Positions 23,456-36,108 of a DNA stretch of 64,000 bases are shown piece by piece. Each line of letters opens with the position of its first letter. The first letter of the stretch is position 1. The translations under genes and the position numbers were made by a program. Under the pieces are notes generated by a model that did no database searches, was not told the origin of the DNA, and worked only from the letters and a program-made list of their open reading frames with translations. The stretch covers positions 23,498,001 to 23,562,000 of the forward strand of contig NC_083282.1 in assembly GCF_963506605.1 (NCBI RefSeq), written 5' to 3'. The DNA is from Zootoca vivipara (taxonomy: Eukaryota).

Positions 23456-24644
23456 GTACTGGAGGAGATGGTCTTTTGGATATCCTCAATCTGCTTAGGT
23501 AAGAATCAACACCTTTAATCCACATAATTGGTGGTTTATCATTTCAAGGCATCATTCAGCCCCGCTAGCAGCACAGTAGCCAACTGTCATTGGGTAGCAG
23601 CCAAAGGGAAGCAGGGCCACTCCCAATGGCTCTTCCTGGAGACCAGCAACTTTGTCTCCCCCCCTTGAACTATTCCTGTGCCAGAAAGAACTGGAACTAT
23701 GTAACTAAAGACTGCTGATTACAGAATTGTAGAGTTGGAAGGGACCCTGAGGGTCATCTATGTCCAACCCCCAGCAATGTAGGAATTGAGTTTATTCATT
23801 TTTCCTCCAGGCCTCCCAATCCCTTTTTCTTTTTGAGATTGCATGGACTGTCATTTTAGGCACTCTGTTGGTCCTTTTTTAAGCTAAGGAATTGAGTTAA
23901 AATGCTTCAGTTAAATAAATGTAAGTGTTCCCTCGCATGCCGTGTTGCAGTCATCGGACCTAACACTGCAATATTTGTTTTCTCTTCAAGCTTTCTCTCT
24001 CCCCCTGCCAACTTTTTTTGTCAGGAAAGTGTTCACCCACACCACTGACTTCCTAGCTGTTATTTCAATGATTAATATTGCAGGTATGTGACATGCACCC
24101 CCCCATTTCACATATTATCTCATTTGGCCTTGAAGCTGTTAAAATATGCACCTTACGTATGCACCTTGCGTGTCCCCAGGACACTGGCTAAGGATGTCAT
24201 TGATGCACTCAAATGGCAGGTGGATTTTATCTGTTTATTTATTTGACATTTATATACCACTGGATTGTAAAAGGAAAAAGAAAAAGAAAAACCTAACAAA
24301 AAGATTAAAGCAATTACATGATCAATAAAAAACCGTTCTGTGCCATTGCAGTTTGGGATCAGGAAACACTGGCATTTCCAAGCAGGCTCTGTCCTCTGAA
24401 CTTTGGGAAGTGGCTTTCCTTGCACTAGTGGGCCCACAAGGGCTCACAGAGAAAAAGGACACGTGTCGTGGCTCAGGATGACTCATTGGACTGAGCTTTG
24501 TGTTTTCACCAGAAATCGTTCTTACTGGAGTTACAGATTCATATCTTTTGCTTTGCCCCGCTGAGAGGAAGTTGAGCTCCATCCTGTGTAAACAGTAAAT
24601 AGTAACTGGGGAAGGGGGCAAGGGGCTTAGAGCACATAACTCTG

Positions 24645-24757
24645 GAATGACTCAGTTGGTAGAGTGTGGGACTCTTAATCTCAGGGTTGTGGGTTCAAGG
24701 GGTTGGTCTAGATGACCCCTGTGGTCTTTTCCAACTCGAGAAGTCTATGATTCTATG
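24645..24757 (+). mobile_element. tRNA-Lys(CTT)-headed SINE with CR1-type tail
   Basis: CTCAGTTGGTAGAG..GGGACTCTTAATCTCAGGGTTGTGGGTTCAA then the CR1 3' end with ATTCTATG. Confidence 0.8.
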
Positions 24758-24862
24758 CTTTGCATGCAGAAGGTCCCAGAGTCAGTCACTGGCATCTAGG
24801 TAAAAGGCAGTCAGGTTGGGCTGCCTGAGGCCCTTGAGTAAAATAGGCAGCGTAACATAGAC

Positions 24863-25005
24863 CAGGGGTGGGGAAACAGTGGCCTTCCAGATGTTGTTGG
24901 ACTGCAGCTCCCATCAGCCCCAACCAGCATGGGCTCCTAACAGTCAATGGTCAGGGATAATGGGAACTGGAATCCAAACATCTGGAGGCCCACAGAGACT
25001 CCACA
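24863..25005. mobile_element. Old hAT MITE (MER3/Charlie-like)
   Basis: CAGGGGTGGGGAA terminus and CCAGATGTT...ACATCTGG internal palindrome; relatives near 10068, 38985 and 57396. Confidence 0.6.
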
Positions 25006-25412
25006 TAGTCGATTTAAACAAACTCCAGGCCAACTTAGATGTGGAGTCAGCTGCAAATTTCAGTTAGTGTGCACAGTGCATGGTTTTTATTTTGTGATGC
25101 AAGTAGCAGCCTCGCAGAAGCCTGAGCAATCTCAGGACCATGTGGGTTGGAGAGGGAGAATTTAATTCTTTCTCTCCTTGCCATGGCCCAACAAAAAGTG
25201 CCTTTTTGAAAGCTTCCATTAGCATTTCCAGGGAAGGCAGCGGAGACTTCTCCTGAAATGCAAATAGCAGCTGTGGAGAGGGGGACCACCCGGGATTCTC
25301 AGCAGCTGCTATTTACATACAATTAAAAACCATCCATGGAAATTGATAGCATTCATACAGTTAATGTCGCATGTACTGTGTGGCCCTCAGTAAGAGGGAG
25401 TTTTGGACGTGA

Positions 25413-25585
25413 AGAACATAGGAAGCTGCCTTATACCATTGGTCCAACTAGTTCAGTGTTGTCTCCATCAAAGGTCAACAGCTCTTCAGGGTTTCAGACA
25501 GGGATGTAAATTGGAGGTGTCAGGGACTGTGCCTGGGATCTTTTGCATGCAAACATGGGCTCTGCTGCAAATCTATGGTCCTTCT
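25413..25585 (-). mobile_element. tRNA-derived squamate SINE (Squam3-like)
   Basis: GAACATAGGAAGCTGCCTTATAC tail and TGCATGCAAA head; relatives at 24758, 32285, 55826 and 61200. Confidence 0.65.
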
Positions 25586-25736
25586 CCGAGGTAAAAGGTC
25601 TACCCTGTTCATCCAGATTGCCTTTTGGGAAAGGTGGCCCACAAGCTTAACATGAGTCAACAGTGTGATGCAGCCACAAAAAAACTAACACTATTCTAGG
25701 CTGCATCAACATACATAACAGATCAAGGGAAGTAAT

Positions 25737-25844
25737 AGAATCATAGAATCATAGAATCATAGAATCATAGAGTTGGAAGAGACCACAAGGGCCATCCAGT
25801 CCAACCCCCTGCCAAGCAGGAAACACCATCAAAGCATTCCTGAC
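25737..25844 (-). mobile_element. Young CR1 3' end nested antisense in older CR1
   Basis: (ATCATAGA)n tail; identical to the 3' end of the CR1 at 54357. Confidence 0.92.
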
Positions 25845-26311
25845 CACTCTATTCTGCCTTGGTCAGACTATACCTGGAATACTGTGTCCAATTCTGGGCC
25901 CCACAATTTAGGAAGAATATTGACAAGCTGGAATGTGCACAGAGGAGGGCAATCAAGATGATCAAGGGTCTGGAAACCAAGCCTTATGAGGAGCGGTTGA
26001 AGGGGCTAGGTATGTTTAGCCTGGAAAAGGGGAGACTGGGAGGAGATATCATAGGTAGCTTCAAATATCTTAAGGGCTGTCACATAGAGGAGGGAGCATG
26101 CTTGTTTTCTCCTGTTCTGGAGGGTAGGACTTGAACCAATGGCTTCAGGGAAAGGAGATTCTGACTAAACTTTCTGACAGTAAGAGCTGTTCAACAGTGG
26201 GACGATCTCCAATGGGAGGTTGTGGACTCTTCTTCCTTGGGAGGTTTTAAAGCAGAGGTTGGATGACCATCTGTCATGGGTGCTTTAGCTGAGACTCCTA
26301 CATTGTAGGGG

Positions 26312-26598
26312 TAAAATAAAAAAATTCCTTCAGTAGCACCTTAAAGACCAACTAAGTTTTTATTTTGGTATGAGCTTTCGTGTGCATGCACACTTCTTCA
26401 GATGAGGTTGATGGACTTCCATTTCATGCGGCTCAATGTGGTGCCTTCCATAGTTCTGGTTACAGGTAGGTAGCCGTGTTGGTCTGGAAATGCACACGAA
26501 AGCTCATACCAAAATAAAAACTTAGTTGGTCTTTAAGGTGCTACTGAAGGAATTTTTTATTTTACTTCGATCCAGACCAACACGGCTACCTACCTGTA
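26312..26598. mobile_element. Penelope-like element, inverted pseudo-LTR fragments
   Basis: Two nested inverted repeats of pLTR-type sequence (GAAAGCTCATACC...GTTGGTCTTTAAGGTGCTAC...CAGACCAACACGGCTAC); 12-bp TSD ACATTGTAGGGG (26300-26311, 26599-26610). Confidence 0.85.
26367..26403 (-). ncRNA. Minimal type-I hammerhead ribozyme motif of Penelope pLTR (stem I truncated)
   Basis: Minus strand reads AU-CUGAAGA-A-GUGUG-CAUG-CACAC-GAAA-GCUC-AUACC: catalytic core, stem II and palindromic AGCU mini-stem III. Confidence 0.7.
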
Positions 26599-28134
26599 AC
26601 ATTGTAGGGGGTTGGTCTAGATGACCCTTAGGTCCCTTCCAGCTCTACGGTTCTAAGATTCTATGAAGGTGTTCATCATTTCCTTTAATTTTCAAATCAA
26701 TGTGTTCCCCCCCTCCAGTGCTGCTTTGATTGTAGGTTTGATGTACTGCACAAGTGAGTACTGTTTTCAGATTGAATTTGTTTTCCGTTCAAGAGGATGC
26801 ATGTGTGGTTAAGAAACACACATACACCAAGAGTCTACAAAGGTGAGCTGTGTAAAAAAATCAAAGCTTTAGAGGGGTTGGGTTTTTTTAAAAAAGAGTG
26901 TATCAAGACTTTATTAGTTTGATTCATTTCTGCCTGTGCATGTGGTTTTGCTTTTGCTTGTTTCATGCACATGTTTTGTTGAGCTTGATCTGTCCCTGGT
27001 TCTCTGAGAATATCTGGTGTGGCACTTTCTGTTCCCTTGCTCTTGTGAAACTGGTGATCTAGCCAGGGATTGAGCCTGAGACCTTCTGCATGAACTGTTC
27101 ATGGGAGACTAGGAATTAGTGCTTAGTTTCTAAAATGCAAGGAAATAATGTCCATAAACACTCATCTCTGTATTACTGGGGCTGCCAACTGATTACCGGT
27201 CTCCTGCCTTCTAAGCAATTAATTGATTTAGTTTATATATATTTGCATTTTACAAATATCTCAGTCTAGATGCCATGTTTATTTTTTGTTGCATAATTTA
27301 AATCAGGCCCATAAGCCCCAGATGGCCTCAAAAAGTAAAGCATGCTCTGAACATGCCACTCTACCAATTGAAATTGGGCCCCAACCAGTTAATCAACTGA
27401 AAGCTCAGTTGATTCACTCATTGCTTCATTATTACTGTACTTTGCATGTTCCAGGGATGGAATGCAGCCCTGGAGAAAAAGGCTCTGGAGTGAATCACTG
27501 GCGTGAATCTTGAGTGGACTCTGACTGGTGTGACTCATCCAAGCAGTCATGCAAATGCTCTTTTTCAAGTGTGGCTGGAGTGCCAAATAATTCAATTAGA
27601 GCAGCTATCTGCTTGGCAGTGACACTTGACCCCACGCTAAACTCTGTACATCTTGTCTATCAATGCTTTCTTTTGAATGCGGGCCAGGTTTATTGGCCTG
27701 AAATCTTTATAGGAAATCCTGCTCAGTAGCAAATCCTGATTAGGAAGCTGTTATCGTTTTCTTTGCATGAAGGGTGAGCTTGCGACAGGCTCAGCATCTG
27801 GCTGCCATAAAAAAAAAGGCGCCTGATGAGTCAGGCTGTAGCTACCAACTGTGAGCAACCAGCTTGCTTGAACACCACTGATAACTCAGTTCTTATCATT
27901 CTTTATTGAAGTTTCCCCCCCCCAACACAAATTAAACCAACCAATGCTCTGTTGCTGTATACAGAGAAAATAAGAATCCCCTGGCACCTTAAGGATTAAC
28001 AGATTGATTGGGGCAAAAACTCTCCTGAACTACTTCATCGGGTGGATAAAGTTTTATCCTAGTTGGCAGCCAGATAGGCAGGCGCAGGAAGAGAGAGAGA
28101 GAGAATGGTAAACACGGGAGGCAAAAGGTAAATA

Positions 28135-28375
28135 CAGTGGTACCTTGCTTCTCGAACATAATCCGTTCCAGAAGTCTGTTTGACTTCTGAAACGTTGGGA
28201 AACGAAGGCGCGGCTTCTGATTGGCACAGGCGCTCTGGAAACAATAATCGACAGCCGCATTGGACATTCGGCTTCCAAAAAACATTTGAAAACCAGAACA
28301 CTTACTTCCGGGTTTTTGCCGTTTGGGAACTGAAATGTTCGAGTACCAAGGCGTTCAAGAACCAAGGTTCCACTA
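28135..28375. mobile_element. Tc1/mariner (Tigger-like) MITE
   Basis: TA TSD; TIR CAGTGGTACCTTG.TTCTCGAAC / GTTCAAGAACCAAGGTTCCACTA; relatives at 36578 and 37409. Confidence 0.88.
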
Positions 28376-28777
28376 TACATGTACAATGCATAGAAGAGAA
28401 CCCTCACCAATACTCATTGCTCAGCCCCGCCCATTAACCACAGCAACCCTTATTTTTCTCTGTAGCAGCAGCAGCTAGTGTCTAAATCCGGGATTCAAAC
28501 AGTTCTGTGACAATCTGGTTATTGGTTAAACTACTGAGGTTTCGGCTTCGTTAACGAAAGGTAGCTGCGGCACTTTTGCAAGCTCCACTCCAAAGGTATA
28601 GTTCATTCCATGATGGAATTAGCCAACGAAGGATGTCTAGACAAGGCAGTTAAAATGGCATGAGGTAATACCCGCCGGCCTCCCCACAATTTGGTGGAAG
28701 TTACACCACATGTAAGACAAGAGGTCAGAAAAAATTTCCGTGTGGGAAATATTGGCAAATATCCGACTGCCGTTTAC

Positions 28778-28808
28778 TCAGGTATCGTGGAAACGTCCAT
28801 TAGGTGGC
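28778..28808 (-). CDS. Candidate terminal coding exon of an unidentified gene ((W)PPNGRFHDT-stop)
   Basis: Very strong T-rich acceptor ending TTTTACAG at 28809-28830; phase-compatible with exon 40808-40957; AATAAA on the minus strand at 27902-27907. Confidence 0.4.
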
Positions 28809-31547
28809 CTGTAAAAAAAACACAAAAAAACCGCAACCTTCTCTGAATGTCATTTTGCATCTCCTTATTACAACAGAGATAGAGAGAGAAGGCGAAATAA
28901 CTCGGTTGTAAAACACACGATTTAAGCAATGGGTGCCGTTGTGTCTAATTTGCACAATTTAGTTCTAGCTGCAGAATCTGGGTTTCTGAGCATTGAATCC
29001 AAGCTTTTGAAACATGGAGGGCCCAGCCACCTCCCCACAGCCGTAATTGCGTCAGCTGGAGCAAGGAGCCAGTTTAGATGGGGAGGAAGCAGTAGCTGGA
29101 TTGGAGGGGAAGAGGGCACTCAAGGGGTTAAAGCAGTAGAGCCTGGCCTACTAAGGTCAATGGGGCACTGCTCCACCCACCATGGTCTGCCCTCAATGTG
29201 TCACCACCTACCTTCCTGCAACCAGTTGAGGGGATGGAAATGTAGAGCAGCTGTTTTCCTTCTTAGTTTCAGTGTTGGCCCTTTTGGAACTCGGGGAAGA
29301 AACTAAGATGAGTTGGTTCTGCCCGTCATTGGTTCTGGTTCCACCTACTGTTGACCTCCTTGTGTTACGCCCTACTAGTCCCAATGGGACCCAAGCACTA
29401 CTGGGCCAAAGAGATGGGACAGAGAGACAGCTTTGCAATTCGTGCAACATCATGTGGAAGGAGCTGTGATAGAGGTTGTGAACAGGAATACAAAGAAAAG
29501 TTGGGAGGAGGGTTGTATATGGATGGCAGTTTAGAGAGGATCGTGTTGAGTTGGAGACAGGGACCACACAGAATTCCCACCTTTGGTGAAAGGATCTTGG
29601 ACACCTTGGCTGGGGAAAACATTTGCCTCAGGCCTTCCTCAGAAATACAGCTGGGTGGTTTTTGACTATAGACTTCAACTTACAAAGGGGGTCTTCAGAT
29701 GGTAATGGATATTGGCTTCACTTCAAAATGTGGCAAAACAGTCCTGCCACATTGTGGGAATGGGGGCTCCTGCTTATCCTGCTGAGGGGGACCTGGACTT
29801 CTGCCCCAAAGTCTTGCCCTCTCTATTGAAGGCAACAACCAACAGTGGTGGTGAGGAAGACGCAGAGCCACTGAAGAACGGGCCCTTGCCTGAGAGCACC
29901 CCGAAAAAACTGGAGCTGGGGTTGAAACCCACAGGTGTAGGCTCAGTGGAAGAGATCCTTCAACCTCATCTCAAAGGTATTTCATTCCAAACTCTTGGTC
30001 ACGCTTCTCCCTCCATTTATTTATTGGTTGCGGTTGGAGCTTCCAGTAATCTTTCGCCAAAGGACAGACGACGAGGGCCAACACACCATTTTATCAACGG
30101 CTGCAGCCAGGCCAGTAACTCTGTGTGTGCTCCTTCCCTCTTTGAGTTTTCTCCAAGATTTGTCTGTCTGTGTCCTCGTTTTGCAACACCGGAAGCAGCC
30201 CACGCCAGCTCTTGCCCTCTGTCTGCCCTACAGTAGCCTCCAGACCAACTCTAACCCGGTTGGCGGCTCTTCTGAAGTATTTGGGTGTTATGTGGCAACA
30301 CTTGTCCTCGTTTCCATTGCACCGAACTGCATGGTTTTAAGCTGGTGGCAAAGGTTGTGCGGAAAGGTCATACGCTGAGCAAGAAAAAAGAGCTTTCTTG
30401 AATGTGTGCCGAGACAAGACAGGACCTGAAGATTCCACCTCTTGCTACTGGCATCAGGAAGTGAGATATCGAAACATATAAAGGTCCCGGACCTCTCTAT
30501 GTGGCCCCTCGAACCTTCCCCTGGCCACACCCTCACTAACCCTACTTTGAACCCAGAGTGTGTTTGCCTGGCTTGCAGGCGCCCTTAGACTCTAATAACA
30601 TCTCTTCCTTGTAGGGGTTGTTGCATGTGTGTTTGTAGAAACTAGCCTACAGTACAAAGATAAAAAATTGATATAGTTGTCCAAGACCACTTTTGCATGG
30701 GGCTCCACCCACCATCATCACGTAGTGTTTCCAGCCCGGTGCTTGTGGCTCCTTCTATTGCTATTGTTGCCTTCCAGATTGGAAAGGAGACACCGCATAC
30801 AGCAGAAAGGCATGTGATTTTCAGGATATATCCTCAGAATCTAATCAGTGAAGGTAGAAAAAAAGGTAGCTGTCAGGTGGCAGAGGGACGAGGGCAGGAA
30901 TAAAAGAGTTTTATAGGCAGCCTGGTCCCGCCTTGCATACCAGCTGCTGGATACAGAAACCTAAGACTTGCTCCTACAAGCTGGTTGCGTGTTTTCAATA
31001 TTTAATGTCAACCTGAAATGGCATTATAGGGCTCGGGGCTGCACCAGGGTGGTTTGTGATATACAGAGTCTTACTTACAGGTATGGCTAGAACAGTTTTC
31101 TCATAAACAACATGATAATTCAGAAGCCTAATACAGTATGAAGAAAAAACAAGGCTGGGTGCGATTAGCTCAGGGTGACGGAGCTGCCACTATGAGCCAT
31201 TTCACAGCACTAAACCTGGCGTAGCCTGCCACTCACAAACTACTCGCACTCTATGGCATTTAAAAGGACAAATTTAAGGCAGCCACAGGAACTGAGATTT
31301 TGATAAAAGCAGCCTCGGTGTGGCGGGAGTATTTAACCCTTTCCTATGCCATTTCCCAATCTACCTTCCCCCACACCCAGTGCAAAGCTGCTACTCAGTC
31401 CACACCGGGGTGCTATTAGTCCCACCCAAATGTGGGGCTAATAGCAGTTGTGGCAGATTTAAGTGTGAAGGAAAAGGTTTAAAATCCTCTCCTCTTAGCA
31501 CCGCTGCTACAATCAAAATCAAAACCCCCAGTGACTGCTTTAATAGT

Positions 31548-31588
<41 letters not shown>

Positions 31589-31589
31589 C
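31548..31589. repeat. (AAC)n microsatellite
   Basis: Direct reading. Confidence 0.97.
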
Positions 31590-32284
31590 CAGAGCTCTGA
31601 TGATAGATTTCCCATGCCATGTTTGATTTGGGCCCGAGTGTACACTCAACAGGTAGTGTACACACCTGTTAAATCCTGGCTCGCCGATGGGTGTACCTCT
31701 CCAACCCACATTTTCAAACGCCTGGTTTGTCACAGTCACACTTTGTATTTTTAGGGGAGGGGGACCTTAGAAATGTGCAAAGAGGCCCTCATGCAGGGTT
31801 CTTCGGGAGCATACTAATAGCGCAGAGACCTTGAATTCTTCCCCAGTTCCTTCCTGTGTACTTTAATTAATTCCAACAGGGACAGAAAATACTACAAATT
31901 AGGGGCAGTCTCTGAAGTACTGCGGTGTAAAGTACCACCCATCCAGCAAATCCTTAGGTGCGCAGGCGCACTAATGTCCATATGGAACTAGTGCACATAA
32001 TCCCCTCTACACCTGAAAATCCGATGCATTAATTTGAAAGCGCTTTGGAGCATACACGTGTTCAGGCGAAGCTTTCTTTGCGACGATTTGTACCTCCGAA
32101 TGCGTACCTTAAGATCTTTGTGATTGTTGTGGGAAAAGTGGAGAGATGTTTTTCTCCCTCTCATAATATGAGAACCAACGCCCATTCGGCAAAGTCGAAT
32201 GTCGAAAGACTCAGGACAGATGAGAGAGTGCTTCTTCACACGCTGCACAAACTACGAGATTTGCTCCCACATCACCAGAACCCA

Positions 32285-32462
32285 GGAAACTGCATTATAC
32301 AGAGTCAGACCATTGCTCCATCTAGCTTGGTACCACCTATTCTTGATTGGCAGCTGTCCTCCAGGGTTTCAGGCAGAACTCCTTCCCAGCCTACCTGGAG
32401 GCTGAACCCAGGACCTTCTGCACACAGAGCAGATAACTGTACCAACTGAGCTACAGCCCTTC
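32285..32462 (-). mobile_element. tRNA-derived squamate SINE (Squam3-like)
   Basis: Minus-strand head GGGCTGTAGCTCAGTTGGTA...GGTTCA with A/B boxes, same body as 25413. Confidence 0.75.
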
Positions 32463-34620
32463 TGCCACACCCTGATTAATTTGGGGACGTGACAATTTGA
32501 TGTCTGTATCAACGATGCTAAAAAAAACACTGTATCCCTCCTGCCGTACAGGTATCGTAAAGCTGGCAGCAAGGGGCAGCTGAGGATATGAGAATGTTAT
32601 GATGGGAGCAGTCAATGCAATGGACATATCAGGAAGCTTAAAAAAAAAACCATACCAGAATATTTACTCGCAGAAAAGGCTGATGCCATGTTACATTATC
32701 TAGGAGTACATTAGGAGCTGGGTTTGAGCAATGCATGGAAAGTCGTCTTTTATTGCTGAGACAGATGATAAATTAAGAGCTTTGCGCGAACTGCTTTAAA
32801 ACCCAGCAACTTTAAAACTGCTTTTAAACCCCTGGCGGCAAATATTGTTCAAAATGACTTTTGTTATTCAGAGGGCAGCAAACAAAACGAAGCACTTTTC
32901 CCTCCAACCCCAACCCACATCCTTTGCTTCTCTGCTGGCTTTGATGCCAAAAAAGGTATTGCAGCAGGTGTGTGGTTTCTAAAGCAATCACCTCTCTCTG
33001 CTTTTTTTTCACATGGTGAGGGGCTTTCAGAAAGGGGAGGGTGGTGATTTAATTCTTAGCGTACTGTATATAAAAAGTCCGAATAGTCGACGGGAATCAG
33101 AGCTGCAGACCATAGGCTGAACTTAAATGATTTTTAAACAAATCTGATCTGCTTCTGCTTTGAAATGGATTTTACAGTCTACAGCCCAAATGTAGATAAC
33201 AATTACCGGTAGCTTCATAATGTTTAATTTCCAGGGCTCGCCGGTTTTCAGCAGCAGAGCTTAAGACACAGGGCAGGTGAATTTATAACAGTGCATCTGA
33301 ACACGTGCAGAGTGCCTTTCCATTGCCACAAATAACACCTGCATATTGGAGATGAAGCTTTCTAGAGACAGAAGCTTTCAGATAGTAATCGGAATTAAGA
33401 TGCAACCTCTTGCCTTAGATGTTTTTAAGCGGATAATTTAAGTACGCACACATGAACGTGAAATGTGAGAATAACACTTCATGAACCCGGGACAGAGCCA
33501 AAACCTAAACCCTAGATCCTTGTTGTATCGGCAGCATACCCTAGATTCAGAAATCTTAACATGGACAATCAAATCTCACAACACTTCCGCTTGAAATTGT
33601 GCACATGATCCCTTCGCAGGCCAGCCTTTAGGAGCAAACAGAGGTCGCGAGGGTGCAGCTCTATGTTCATGGAAAGAGGTTGAGGGGCTTAGCAGCAGCA
33701 AATTCCGGCACGCATGGAGGGAAGAATGGAGAAGATGCAAAGGGGCTGTGCACAACTCTCAATTCTTAGTATCAGTGTTTTCTTACAACTGAAACAGACA
33801 TGAATGAGAGCAATTCACAGGCGATGAATTGCAGAAATCAGCTAAATATGTGAGTTGCAAGTTTCATTCGTCAGTCGCTTGGGAGAGCAAATGTCGGGCA
33901 CAACCCAGCACTTTCAGATTTCTCAGATTTTAACAGGAGACATTTCGGCACATGCTTGGGAAATTTATGTTGAATGAAATGTGAATTAAAAAGTGCTTCA
34001 CTTTGGCAGGATGGCACACAAAGTAGGGCTTGGTTTTGATCCCAAGTTAGTTATTGCTGCCCCACTGGTGTGAAATTTGAAAAGGTGTGTCACACAGCCG
34101 TATTACTCATAGGGCACCATATAAGGTTTGTAATGACCAAGCACTGCTGAGAAAAATCGAATAGAACTTGCTGCTCAAGCCTGTCTCAGAAGGAGAGTTC
34201 ACACATTACATTGAACAAGTGCACAATTTGTGCACAATTTGTGTTGAGCTGTACACTCACAGTAACCCACACGTAATGCTCAGTGTACAGACTGTGTACA
34301 CAGTTGGAACTGTATAAATCAACAAGTGTACATTCTCACTGGCAGTGTTTGGTAGAATGTGTGAAGAATCCGAGAGATTTCAATGAGTCTTGTGTGCTAG
34401 TGCAAGCAATAGGATTACATCTCCTAAAAGCTGATCAAATGGGACCCTGTATTCCTGCCATACACGATCCCCACACAGCTCTAGAATGTATCCCCGCATG
34501 AGACTTCTGGTTGCATTACGCTGGTGTAAAATGTTGTACCCCAGAGAGTCCTGATTTCAAAGAGTGCTAGTAGGTGCAACTGACTTCTGGTTGGAGTTTG
34601 CCCATTTTGACTTCCATTTA

Positions 34621-35371
34621 CAGGTGAAACTCGGAAAATTAGAATATCGTCGAAAAGTGCATTTATTTCAGTAATGCAACTTATTATTTTTTATTTTTCT
34701 TTTAATTTTGACAAATGCTTTCTTTTGGAAATTCCACAGTAATAAAACAAATAGTTAGGTAAAGGTAAAGGGACCCCTGACCATTAGGTCCAGTCGTGAC
34801 CAACTCTGGGGCTGTGCGCTCATCTCGCATTATTGGCCGAGGGAGCCGGCGTATAGCTTCCAGGTCATGTGGCCAGCATGACAAAGCCGCTTCTGGCAAA
34901 CCAGAGCAGCACATGGAAACGGCGTTTACCTTCCCGCTGTAGCGGTTCCTATTTATCTACTTGCATTTTGACGTGCTTTCAAACTGCTAGGTTGGCAGGA
35001 GCTGGGACCAAGCAACGGGAGCTCACCCCGTCACAGGGATTCGAACCGCCGACCTTCTGATCGGCAAGCCCTAGGCTCAGTGGTTTAACCACAGCGCCAC
35101 CTGTGGTTTCTTTTGGAAATTCCACAGTAATAAAACAAATAGTTACAATAATACAAAATTAAACAAAAATAAATATCGCTATTACATTTCATTAATTACA
35201 TTCCATTTATAATTGACCCGCCTAACGACAAATAATTACGACAAATAAAGGCTTGACATATCTTGCTTTGCATGCCATGCATCTGTCTCATATATTGGTT
35301 TCACCTTTTAAGTTGCATTACTGAAATCAATGCACTTTTCGACGATATTCTAATTTTCCGAGTTTCACCTG
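34621..35371. mobile_element. Non-autonomous Tc1-family element
   Basis: TA TSD; about 62-bp near-perfect TIR CAGGTGAAACTCGGAAAATTAGAATATCGTCGAAAAGTGCATT.ATTTCAGTAATGCAACTT. Confidence 0.93.
34758..35106 (-). mobile_element. Sauria SINE nested in the Tc1 element
   Basis: Nearly identical to 6780-7129; flanked by a 39-bp direct repeat (34719-34757, 35107-35145). Confidence 0.96.
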
Positions 35372-35869
35372 TATATTCACACCCAAGCGATTAAATATAC
35401 AAAAAACCCATGGGACTGTATCACATATGAGAGGAGGCATCTGCATAGACCATAAGATCTTCATTGGAGGACATTATCCAGATTCTGCTGCCTAATGAGG
35501 TGGGGCGGGTGGTTACTCAGGAAAAGCCCGTCTTGGAAGAGGTATATCAGTTACTCTCCCCAGAGAAGTTCCCCTGGCCACCCATATTATAAGTTTTTCA
35601 GCACCAGATGAATACGTTTATCGTTTCCCAAGTTATTAAATATCCAAAGCTTTCCATTTTTCAAACTATTTTTTGCCTTCCCTTGCTCGTTTTGAACTGC
35701 TCCCTGCCCATTTCATGCTGCCGTGTGGTTCCAAGCTAGCTTTTATTTTGTGCCGTTGGTGCCTTCATGTGCTGACGGCTTCTAGGGGCCGTTGATTGAA
35801 TTTGCACTTTGTCCATTTTAAATGGTGAGCACCTAGAAGATTTGGGCTGTACAGAAGTGTATCAAAACA

Positions 35870-36108
35870 GGGCTGAATCCATCCAGTCCTCGTTTGCTAA
35901 AATGATTTCTGCTCACACAAGGGAACTTTCTCCTCCTTCCCTCCAGCACCCCCGGAAGGAGGAGGACACCCCCCCTCCCGGAGCAGATCTGGTGTGGGTG
36001 TGTGCATGCAAGGGACACGTGGGCTGGTGGGAGGAAAGGGAGGGGACATTCTGTTGCAAGAGTGAAAGTTGTTCCGCTCACGCAGCGGCTCAGTTGGATT
36101 CCAGCCCA
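35870..36108. mobile_element. Degenerate palindromic MITE-like repeat
   Basis: Ends GGGCTGAATCCA / TGGATTCCAGCCC; similar structure at 40523-40756. Confidence 0.5.

Larger units (their letters stand above)
25638..26666 (+). mobile_element. CR1 LINE 3' fragment with two nested insertions
   Basis: [34 protein letters not shown]...; ATTCTATG tail at 26650-26666. Confidence 0.95.

Noticed and set aside
27821-27836. CTGATGAG hairpin as a hammerhead
   Set aside because: No downstream GAAA core or stems; it is only a short palindrome with an AP-1-like site.
29712-30236. 174-aa ORF
   Set aside because: No recognisable homology or convincing splice sites; cannot support it as an exon.
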